Source: a virus. From it: DNA of 40,169 bases. The first letter of the stretch is position 1. Each line of letters opens with the position of its first letter. Made by a program: the position numbers and the translations under genes. The notes under the pieces are model-generated. The model saw only the letters and a program-made list of their open reading frames with translations. It was not told the DNA's origin and did no database searches. Location of the stretch: the IMG/VR virus record IMGVR_UViG_3300045988_013378, one strand, 5' to 3'. Positions 18,287 to 25,891 of this stretch are shown in pieces.

Positions 18287-18442
18287 TCACCATCGGGGGG
18301 GGGCAAAACCCACCGGCCTGTTTCGGGTTTTCTCTAAAACCAAAGACTGATTGGGAAGTTCCACTTCAATCTTCAAGGTTTTATATGGAAGGCGTTCAGC
18401 CCATTGTTCAATCTTGTTCAGAATGTACTTCTGTTCAAACAC
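18287..18442 (-). CDS. Possible small ORF (51 aa) between TerL and portal; below the ORF-track size cutoff
   Basis: GTG start behind AAAGGCGGTGA. Translation: MFEQKYILNKIEQWAERLPYKTLKIEVELPNQSLVLEKTRNRPVGFAPPRW. It contains a C9 run near its 3' end. Confidence 0.3.
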   Translation of the reverse strand: MFEQKYILNKIEQWAERLPYKTLKIEVELPNQSLVLEKTRNRPVGFAPPRW

Positions 18443-18481
18443 GGGCTTTCACCGCCTTTCTTCATTGCTTAATAAACGCAA

Positions 18482-18500
18482 ACACACGGAAACCGTGTGT
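18482..18500. terminator. Perfect 8-bp hairpin after TerL (ACACACGG-AAA-CCGTGTGT), possible attenuator or bidirectional terminator
   Basis: Seen directly in the sequence. There is a T-run on the plus side and only a T-rich tail (TTGCGTTTATT) on the minus side. Confidence 0.35.
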
Positions 18501-18529
18501 TTTTCGTGTGTTTTGTTACTATCATGTTA

Positions 18530-19861
18530 TTAGTCGAAGCTGAAGGCGGGGCCAACCAACATATCTTCCAGCCCGTAACGCATAGCGTCCATAAGGTGGT
18601 TGAAATCATCAATGGGAACATTGATCTTGGCCCCGAACTTATCTTCTGCCCATGTGTAGTTTGAAATCTCTGTGATGAAGTTCACGCATCGGGGATGAAC
18701 AATGATGGTGTAACCCTGAATGTACTGGATTCCGTTATTCACGCTGTCCTTGCCCTTCCGGGCGGCTCTGATACGATGAAGGCCAGCATCCCGCAATTCA
18801 TCAATGCTCTTTGGTTCGGCACAATCGGCCTTGATCCGTTCCTTGCCGTAACCCATGCCGGTGATCCGGTCACAGATTGCCCGGTTCGTCAGGGCCTTTT
18901 CATACAGTTCATCAAAAACCCAAATGGTTCTTTCCTTCTCACTCACCAGCCCACAGAACAGGGCCGTGGGATCGTTGGTATAACCGAAGTCAAGGCCGAA
19001 GGCGCTTTTCACATCAGGCTTCTTGGAAATAGCCAGATAATCAAAGGCTTCTTCCCGCCAATTATCGAAAATCAGGCCATCCACAATGCCCCAACCCCCA
19101 AGGCCAGCCACCTTGTAGCGGCGGGGGTTGTTTTCCTTCATGGTGTTGAACACCTTCAAATCCGCCGTGTCCAGCCATTCATTACACAGGTAATTGGTGG
19201 TTGTGGCGTAAATCTGCCCATCCGGGCTGATCCAGCTATCATGGAACTTGTATGTGGGGTTCCCTTGGGCATCCTTGCCGGTGATCTCCCCGAAGAAGCG
19301 TTTCCTGATCCAATGCTTTTCGTTCCACGGGTTGAATGTCAGCGTGATTTGCTTGAACAGGCCGGTTTCTTCCGGGATAGCACCACGGATGGATTCATCC
19401 AGCATATCAAAATCAGCTTCATTCATGATTTCGTATGCTTCTTCAATCCAGCACCAGCACAAAAACCCTATTTCAACCGTAATTGAAGTGACCTTCAGGG
19501 GATCATCAAGGCCTCGGAAGTAAATCTTCTGACCGGTGGGAAGGTAAGTCATTTCAAGGGGGCTTTCCTTGATTTCCCAATAGGCTGAAACCCCAAGGCG
19601 GTTGATTGCCCATTTCAGTTCGGTGAAACAGGAATCTTTCAAGGTTCTGAACACCTTACGAACCACAAGGGTGTTGGCTTCCGGGTATTGCATCATCCGT
19701 TTGATGATGTTCAGGGCCGTTGTCTTGGATTTCTTGGAAGCACGGCTTCCCTTACACACCCGGTAACGGCCTTTGAAGTTCCAGAAGGTTCCGTAACCCT
19801 TGCCAACCACTTCAGGAAGGTGAACCCGCTTGGCCTGTGGGCTAATCTTCAAGTTGATCAT
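18530..19861 (-). CDS. Terminase large subunit (PBSX/XtmB family)
   Basis: 443 aa with Walker A-like KGSRASKKSKT, the segment IYFRGLDDP and a C-terminal nuclease region. It overlaps TerS by 20 nt. Confidence 0.9.
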   Translation of the reverse strand: MINLKISPQAKRVHLPEVVGKGYGTFWNFKGRYRVCKGSRASKKSKTTALNIIKRMMQYPEANTLVVRKVFRTLKDSCFTELKWAINRLGVSAYWEIKESPLEMTYLPTGQKIYFRGLDDPLKVTSITVEIGFLCWCWIEEAYEIMNEADFDMLDESIRGAIPEETGLFKQITLTFNPWNEKHWIRKRFFGEITGKDAQGNPTYKFHDSWISPDGQIYATTTNYLCNEWLDTADLKVFNTMKENNPRRYKVAGLGGWGIVDGLIFDNWREEAFDYLAISKKPDVKSAFGLDFGYTNDPTALFCGLVSEKERTIWVFDELYEKALTNRAICDRITGMGYGKERIKADCAEPKSIDELRDAGLHRIRAARKGKDSVNNGIQYIQGYTIIVHPRCVNFITEISNYTWAEDKFGAKINVPIDDFNHLMDAMRYGLEDMLVGPAFSFD

Positions 19862-20264
19862 CCCCCGTGATAATCACCGGAACGGCCCCTTCCACACCTA
19901 CCTTGTCCGTGAACATACCATAACGCTTGCCGATCAGTTCAGCGGCCTTCAGCCTTTCTTTGGCTCCAACCTCTTTCTGCGTCAACTCTTGGCAACCGTC
20001 ACCGCACAGGATCGGGATTTCTTCAGTATGTTCACCCCGCATTACCGAAGTCAGGTATTTCATGACTTCTTCAGCATCAGCGATCTTGGCCGAATGAAGT
20101 TTTTCAAGTTCGGTTTCGATGTACGCTTTCAAGTCAGGTTTTGCAAGGTTTTCAGAACCCGTCTGCTTTGCGGTCTTAGGCGAATACCCGGCCTTGATTG
20201 CCGCATCCGTAGCGTTGCCGCTGATCAGGTATTCATCACAGAACTTCCGCTGTCTTGGTGTCAC
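19842..20264 (-). CDS. Terminase small subunit (P27/Terminase_4-like)
   Basis: The N-terminus MTPRQRKFCDEYLISGNATDAAIKAGYSPKTAKQTGSENL is the characteristic HTH N-terminus of this family. Confidence 0.8.
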   Translation of the reverse strand: MTPRQRKFCDEYLISGNATDAAIKAGYSPKTAKQTGSENLAKPDLKAYIETELEKLHSAKIADAEEVMKYLTSVMRGEHTEEIPILCGDGCQELTQKEVGAKERLKAAELIGKRYGMFTDKVGVEGAVPVIITGDDQLED

Positions 20265-20292
20265 AGGTATTCACCCCTTTCATTAGGCATAG

Positions 20293-20320
20293 AAAAAGCG
20301 CCCCGGTTTCCCGTAGGCGC
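20293..20320 (-). terminator. Rho-independent terminator between the late regulator and terS
   Basis: Minus strand: GCGCC-UA-CGG-GAAA-CCG-G-GGCGC, followed by TTTTTC. Confidence 0.55.
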
Positions 20321-20333
20321 AATTTCTTATTTA

Positions 20334-20843
20334 CTATTCTACCGATTCTTTACTCTGTTTGAAACCGGTGGCACTCTGGTTTTCTCGGTTGTTTAGAAAG
20401 TCGCTGTTTGCCTTGGCAAAAGCAAGTAAACCTTTTCCGTGAAGTTCAAAAACCCATTGCATAGAATAATTCAGTTCTTCAGAAATATCTTCCCATTTTT
20501 TCAACTGAATATAGCGCCCGATCAGAATATTTTGCTGATCAAGGTCAGGAATCCGGTTGATCATGGTGAACGCTTCCTGTTTCATGCTCACAAGTTCATC
20601 AATCCGGGCATTGATCTTGGCTTCAAGATCAATAATCTTGGTGATGGTTTCTTCAAGGGTATTCTTGGGGCCTGAAGTCTGAACCTTGTCCTGTTTCAGT
20701 TGGCTTCCGGTAGAAGTCAAGCTGGAACGCAAGGTTGCAATGGTGCTATCAAGCCGATGGATCAAACGATCCGTTTTCCTGATTTGGGCAAAGTATTCTT
20801 TAGCCTGTTGGGAAAGGTCTTTGTCATTCACTATGTAACACAT
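20334..20843 (-). CDS. DUF1492-like / sigma-70 region-4-like putative late-gene regulator
   Basis: The C-terminal segment QQNILIGRYIQLKKWEDISEELNYSMQWVFELHGKGLLAF looks like a region-4 HTH. The gene lies directly upstream of terS, as in many Firmicutes phages. The start may be GTG 20831. Confidence 0.55.
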   Translation of the reverse strand: MCYIVNDKDLSQQAKEYFAQIRKTDRLIHRLDSTIATLRSSLTSTGSQLKQDKVQTSGPKNTLEETITKIIDLEAKINARIDELVSMKQEAFTMINRIPDLDQQNILIGRYIQLKKWEDISEELNYSMQWVFELHGKGLLAFAKANSDFLNNRENQSATGFKQSKESVE

Positions 20844-20900
20844 CCTTTCTGGAATAAATGTTGAAGGGCATCAAACGCCGGTATTTCAAGGGCTTTCGGA

Positions 20901-21022
20901 AAATCCTTCAACATTCAAGATCAGAAACGCCTTCTTCACTATTATTACATTCTTCATATACTATATATTTTTTCTTCTAAATAATTGAAGTAATCTGTTG
21001 AATGTTGAATGTTGAAGGATTT
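20901..21022. repeat. AT-rich inverted-repeat element, copy A
   Basis: Left arm AAATCCTTCAACATTCAAGAT. The right arm is its reverse complement with one mismatch, preceded by three tandem heptamers GTTGAAT GTTGAAT GTTGAAG. The element is homologous along its length to 38812-38927. Confidence 0.8.
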
Positions 21023-21101
21023 CACATAAAATCAAGGTATTGCAAGGGTTTCAGGGCCTTCAACATCATTCCATATATATTGAAGGCCGCTGTTCCAACC
21101 C

Positions 21102-21386
21102 CTACTGAAGAAAGACGGGAAGAACCGGAACCCCACAATCAGAATCCTTTTTATTGGCGAAATATCCTTCACCAGCGGGAAGGGGTTTATAGCCACCATC
21201 GGGGATTTTGACAATTCCAGAAACATCCATAGCCGTTCCACCACAACGGCACATGATACAAAATGGCGAAGGCTTGTGATTCTTACCAAATTCTTCAATG
21301 CCCTTTTCCAAGAACATCCACCATGACCGTCCGCATTTATCACAGCGGTATTTCATGGCCCCATGAACCAAAACTTCTTTTTTCAT
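21102..21386 (-). CDS. Cys-rich small protein (putative zinc finger)
   Basis: 94 aa with CDKC...CIMCRC motifs; start/stop coupled to its neighbour. Confidence 0.45.
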   Translation of the reverse strand: MKKEVLVHGAMKYRCDKCGRSWWMFLEKGIEEFGKNHKPSPFCIMCRCGGTAMDVSGIVKIPDGGYKPLPAGEGYFANKKDSDCGVPVLPVFLQ

Positions 21387-21589
21387 CGGTATTCCCTCCC
21401 GGTCTTACGGTCTTTGATTTCAATGCGGTTCAGAAGTTCAAACCCCGCCAAACGGGTGATGTACTTCAGGACGAAGATCAGGGTGTTCACCCGCTTCTGC
21501 TGTTCATCCTCGTCACGGATGATATTCTTTGTGCCGTGGTAGGCTGTCGGATCGTGATACCCTTCAGCATTTTCCCAAGGTTTAGGCAT
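21383..21589 (-). CDS. Hypothetical protein (68 aa)
   Basis: Start MPKPWENAEGY behind AAGGAGGG. It overlaps the stop of the upstream gene (ATGCCTAA). Confidence 0.45.
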   Translation of the reverse strand: MPKPWENAEGYHDPTAYHGTKNIIRDEDEQQKRVNTLIFVLKYITRLAGFELLNRIEIKDRKTGREYR

Positions 21590-21929
21590 CGGTTTTCCCT
21601 CCTTCTTCTCTGTACCATTCTTCAATGTCACACCCAATGTCCTTCAGCTTTTTACGGGCCAACCACCCATCATCGGCTTGTTCCATCAGGTAATGTTCCC
21701 GTAGCTTCAAGGTTTCGGCATAGAACAGCTTCCACGCCAGCTTCAGGCGCTTTGGGCCAAAGCCAAATTGGGTATGAAGCATCCACAGGATGGATGATTC
21801 TTTGTCCATGTCAAAGGCCCGATCATTTTCCACAATCTGTTTCTTGATTTCCTGATCCAAGGCCCGTTCTTCAGCTTTATTGAACTGAACGGCGAAAATT
21901 TTACCACCGGACTTCTTAAACATCGGCAT
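21582..21929 (-). CDS. Hypothetical protein
   Basis: ORF starting MPMFKKSGG behind GGAG; no domain recognised. Confidence 0.45.
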   Translation of the reverse strand: MPMFKKSGGKIFAVQFNKAEERALDQEIKKQIVENDRAFDMDKESSILWMLHTQFGFGPKRLKLAWKLFYAETLKLREHYLMEQADDGWLARKKLKDIGCDIEEWYREEGGKTDA

Positions 21930-22557
21930 GGTATTCACTCCAAATATCATCGAAGCAAACCGGAATCAGGGCGTGAACCTTGTCCAACAGGATCAGGGCC
22001 ACTTCCCGCATCTGCGGGTGTGCGGCGGGTGAACAGCGCAACTTCAGGAAATGCCGCCATTCACGAATGTTGGCCGTCATGACCACTTCCGTTTTCAGGC
22101 TGTTGGGAAGAACCGAACGGGCTTCTTGCGGTGTGCATCCTTCCGCCAGCATATCAAAATAGCGAATTTCCACCCCTTCACAGGCATCCCGCCAATAGTC
22201 ATAGGCTCTGGAACCGGGTTCAAGGAAGCAAGGTTCAATCACCGTGATTTCCTCACCGAACTTGCCCTTGCCGTAATTACAATAGCGGGTGGATTCCTGA
22301 CAGTAAGAAGCCATCCGGTGGCGGACGATCTCATGAGAAACCCCACGATCACAAATGAACTTCACCGTAAAGGAACAATGTTCCAGAACCGCTTCATGCC
22401 CACGCTTGATGATCCCGGCAACGAACTTTTCAGCGGAACCTTCCGTGATCTTATCCTCGGACTTGTAGCAGACACGGCCACATTGTTCCAGCCGCTTCAG
22501 AATGGTGGCCCCATCAATCGGGGTGATAAACTGCACATCAGGCTTGATAATTTTCAT
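21916..22557 (-). CDS. thyX: FAD-dependent thymidylate synthase ThyX
   Basis: ThyX signature RHRMASYCQESTRY, plus EHCSFTF-like HEAVLEHCSFTV. The likely start is MKIIKPDVQF behind GAGG. Confidence 0.9.
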   Translation of the reverse strand: MKIIKPDVQFITPIDGATILKRLEQCGRVCYKSEDKITEGSAEKFVAGIIKRGHEAVLEHCSFTVKFICDRGVSHEIVRHRMASYCQESTRYCNYGKGKFGEEITVIEPCFLEPGSRAYDYWRDACEGVEIRYFDMLAEGCTPQEARSVLPNSLKTEVVMTANIREWRHFLKLRCSPAAHPQMREVALILLDKVHALIPVCFDDIWSEYHADV

Positions 22558-22568
22558 TTTCTTCAACC

Positions 22569-22895
22569 TCACAATTCATTCCGGTGCTGTGACCGGTAAG
22601 GATCGAACCCTTCAGGGTAACGCTGTTCCAGCTTTTTCAAGTTTTCTTCCATGACCGTATCAAGGTCAGAACCAATGGCATCACACAAAACGGCCAAATA
22701 CCAAGCCACATCACCAAGTTCTTCAATCATGTGGCGCTTGTTCAGTTCATGGCCGTGGAAGAAATGTTTCTTCACCTGTTCGGCCACTTCACCGGCTTCA
22801 CCGCAAAGGCCCAAGGCACATTCCAGCTTCAGCCGATCCATGTTGGAACGGTCAGCGGTTCGCAAGGAATCCCGCATATAACGGTTAGCGTTCAT
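22569..22895 (-). CDS. MazG-like nucleoside triphosphate pyrophosphohydrolase
   Basis: GLCGEAGEVAEQVKK...EELGDVAWYLAVL is the EExxE/ExxD pattern of the all-alpha NTP-PPase fold. Confidence 0.8.
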   Translation of the reverse strand: MNANRYMRDSLRTADRSNMDRLKLECALGLCGEAGEVAEQVKKHFFHGHELNKRHMIEELGDVAWYLAVLCDAIGSDLDTVMEENLKKLEQRYPEGFDPYRSQHRNEL

Positions 22896-23190
22896 CGGCG
22901 TGTTCCTCCGCTTTCAGATCGTCCAGTTCAAGAACCGTCATAATGGCGTAATTGGCAAGGTCAATCAGGGTATCACGGATAGATTCATCCTTGACTTCCT
23001 GAACCTCGGATTTGGTCAGGCTCTTGAACCGGGCCAGCTTATCCCCAAGTCTGATCCGGGGCATTGCCATTCCTTCTTCCGTGAAGGTCTGGTGAAAGCT
23101 ATCGCCATAGTCATGATTTTTCATGGCATACAAGGCATTGATTTCCTTGCAAATATCGGCATGGCGTTCCGTTTTGGTTTTAGGTAACAT
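22885..23190 (-). CDS. DUF1599-like (MazG-fold, nucleotide-modification-associated) protein
   Basis: YAMKNHDYGDSF...RLGDKLARF...DLANYAIM resembles DUF1599. The start is behind AAAGGA. Confidence 0.5.
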   Translation of the reverse strand: MLPKTKTERHADICKEINALYAMKNHDYGDSFHQTFTEEGMAMPRIRLGDKLARFKSLTKSEVQEVKDESIRDTLIDLANYAIMTVLELDDLKAEEHADER

Positions 23191-23962
23191 TGAAATCATC
23201 CTTTCTGTTCGGAATCATTTTTTTCTTGGCGGCTATGTAGAAGTTTTTATCCACTTCAAACCCATAGGCGTTTCGGCCTAATTCATAAGCGGCACGAAGG
23301 GTTGTTCCGCTTCCGGCAACAGGATCAATAACCACATCCCCCGGATCGGTAAACACTTCAATCAACCGCTTCAGCACACCAACCGGCTTTTGGGTGGGGT
23401 GGATTTTGGGATACTCCTTCCGGTTGTCCCGTTCCCAAGTGAACCAGTTGAAAACCATGTGCTTGTTTCCGTCAGGGCCAATGTTTCGGAACTTGGGAAG
23501 TTTATCCCGATACAGCACCACCGCAAATTCTGTGGCACCAACAATCTTCATGTTGGCCTTCAGAACTTGGGCGGAATAGTTCTTTGTAAAGAACAGCGGG
23601 TAAGACTTTTCAAACCCATATTTCTTCCCGTAGTCAATGACGGTTTGCATCTGCTCAAAGGCACAGAACACAATCATAGCCGGGGCCTGTCCTTTCTCCT
23701 TTGGTTCCTTCCGAAGAAGGCGGTTGCAGAAGTGCATATATTCCGCAATCTTGAAGGTGCCATCCGTATGAAAGAAGCTGGATTTTGCCAACTTACTTTC
23801 CCCGTTCTTGTTGTCGCCGCCCTGATACCACATAGGATTACTTGCGTAAGCATCAACCCCGATATTATAGGGAATATCAGCAATGACAAGTTGGGCTTTG
23901 GGAATATTGTACCTTTTGAAATTTTGAAAATTATCATGGTACAGTTCAATTTTAGTATCCAT
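23180..23962 (-). CDS. Orphan DNA methyltransferase, beta-class N6A/N4C (N6_N4_Mtase)
   Basis: Motif IV (IADIPYN) lies N-terminal to HPTQKP and motif I (VIDPVAGSGTT). No cognate endonuclease gene is nearby. Confidence 0.85.
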   Translation of the reverse strand: MDTKIELYHDNFQNFKRYNIPKAQLVIADIPYNIGVDAYASNPMWYQGGDNKNGESKLAKSSFFHTDGTFKIAEYMHFCNRLLRKEPKEKGQAPAMIVFCAFEQMQTVIDYGKKYGFEKSYPLFFTKNYSAQVLKANMKIVGATEFAVVLYRDKLPKFRNIGPDGNKHMVFNWFTWERDNRKEYPKIHPTQKPVGVLKRLIEVFTDPGDVVIDPVAGSGTTLRAAYELGRNAYGFEVDKNFYIAAKKKMIPNRKDDFNVT

Positions 23963-23965
23963 TGG

Positions 23966-25855
23966 TTATTCCTCACTTTCTTCTACAAACACCCGGCATT
24001 TCCCAAGGCGGCTGATCCACTTATCCACAATCACCAACCCACAACGCTTGGTGATCTGTCTGGAAAACTCGATGTTGGAAAGGGCTTGGAAGTTGTTTGC
24101 AATGCAATATTCCTTATACTTCCGGTAAACCGTCTTGGTAGGCTCATTCACAATGCAATCCAGCCCAATTTCTTTGATGAACCCAATAATGGGATTGTTG
24201 TTTTCCTCGTATTCGTCCAACTGCCCCTGAACTCTGCTGGATGTGGTGAACTGTGCGTTCCCAAGAACCCGCTTCAACCCCTGAAGGCCAAGCAAGGCCA
24301 GATATTCCATTGAACCCTGTTCACACAGTTCATCCTTGATGAACGGGCGGAAGTCAGCATCGTTGGGGGTAAACTTGGCATCGAAGGGAACAATCACCAA
24401 ACGCCGCTGAACGGCTCCGGTTTTGTCCTTGATACGGGGAATATTGTTGGCGCTGAACAGGAACTTGGAATAATTGTTGAACTCAAAGGGGTCTTGGCCC
24501 TTGCGCTCCACATTCACCCGATCACCTGTGACCAGTTTTTTGAACACAGAAGCATTGGCAATAAATTCATCACCAATATCATCACCGATGTTCGCCAGCT
24601 TGCCGAACAGTTCAGCGGTTTTGAACCTATCACCCAATTCCTTCAGGTCAAGGGAAGCAATGTTCTGATCTCCAAGAAGGTTCTTCACCACATGAAGGAA
24701 GGTGGATTTGCCGTTGCTCTTATCGCCAATCAGGATGAAGGCTTTGCCAAGTTCGTTGCGGCGGTACATACAATAGCCCACCATTTCTTCCAGCAAGGCC
24801 CGAACTTCAGGATCATCACAGGCCAGCCGGTTCAGGGTATGATCCAACAGATCATCATGGGCGGCGGGGTTGTACGGCCACGGGATTTTGTTTGTAATGA
24901 CCACATCCGGGGTGAACTCTTTGAAGGAACCATCCCGGATATTGTAAAGGCCGTTGCTGAAAGCAATGATATTCGGGTTGGTGGCCTTGGTGTTTTCCTC
25001 AATCATGATTTCCAGATAGGACAGGACTTCCGAACGCCACGCCCGTTTCAGGTTGCTGATCAGCTTGATCATGGCCCCTTCAATCTCACCGGCACCGGAA
25101 ACATAGATACCATCCTTGTAAATGTGAAGCTGGTTATTGATCTTCACAATATGGTTGTTGTTCTTCAGGTAGGTGGCGAACTTATCAAACAGGAAGGTTT
25201 TATCCCGGAAGAAGGATGTTTTCTTGAAAGCATCATCCCGAAGGATCACATCAAGTTCCTTGTCGGAAAGGGGCTTCTTCAGCACATAACGGTTAATCAG
25301 CCTGATACATTCACGGGCTTCTTCCTTGGTGAAATCGTCACTCTGAAGGGTCAGAATGTAGTTGAACAGGGTTTGGTTCCGCCCATCACCTTCCCCAAGG
25401 TTCGGGAAATCATAGTTGCTTTTCACTGGGGTCAGCCACTTGGGAAGTTCCTGAATCTCCCCTTCAGGGAAGTCATACAGAATGGGCCGTTCCACGCCAC
25501 CGGACTTCAAGATTTCATAGCTGTTATTGGCTCCAACCTTTCCATCCGTGGTGATACCCACGGCCAAGGTGCATTTCGTCCAGCTTTTTTTAACACCACA
25601 GTTCTTGAACAAGAAGTGTTTTCCCCGTGTGGTGGCGTACACTCTGCACTTCAGTTCTAAATCCTGAACAATTCTGAACAAAAGTTCAGATGTTTCCGCA
25701 TCGTCCACATCAATCAGGATGGTTTCTTCTCCAAGAATACCGGCGTATTCATCAAGGTCTTGGACTTCTGAACGGGTTTTCAGTTTTTCAACACCTTTGA
25801 ACTTTTCAAGGCATTGTTTGTTTCTGGTAGGCACATAGCCCCTAAACAGTTCCAT
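23966..25855 (-). CDS. Primase-polymerase / D5-like SF3 helicase (P4-family primase C-terminal domain)
   Basis: 629 aa. The N-terminal region ILIDVDD...TTRGKHFLF looks like a prim-pol domain, and the Walker A motif is LIGDKSNGKST. Confidence 0.85.
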   Translation of the reverse strand: MELFRGYVPTRNKQCLEKFKGVEKLKTRSEVQDLDEYAGILGEETILIDVDDAETSELLFRIVQDLELKCRVYATTRGKHFLFKNCGVKKSWTKCTLAVGITTDGKVGANNSYEILKSGGVERPILYDFPEGEIQELPKWLTPVKSNYDFPNLGEGDGRNQTLFNYILTLQSDDFTKEEARECIRLINRYVLKKPLSDKELDVILRDDAFKKTSFFRDKTFLFDKFATYLKNNNHIVKINNQLHIYKDGIYVSGAGEIEGAMIKLISNLKRAWRSEVLSYLEIMIEENTKATNPNIIAFSNGLYNIRDGSFKEFTPDVVITNKIPWPYNPAAHDDLLDHTLNRLACDDPEVRALLEEMVGYCMYRRNELGKAFILIGDKSNGKSTFLHVVKNLLGDQNIASLDLKELGDRFKTAELFGKLANIGDDIGDEFIANASVFKKLVTGDRVNVERKGQDPFEFNNYSKFLFSANNIPRIKDKTGAVQRRLVIVPFDAKFTPNDADFRPFIKDELCEQGSMEYLALLGLQGLKRVLGNAQFTTSSRVQGQLDEYEENNNPIIGFIKEIGLDCIVNEPTKTVYRKYKEYCIANNFQALSNIEFSRQITKRCGLVIVDKWISRLGKCRVFVEESEE

Positions 25856-25891
25856 GCTTCAACGCTCCCCCCCCCCGAAAGGTTTTATTGT

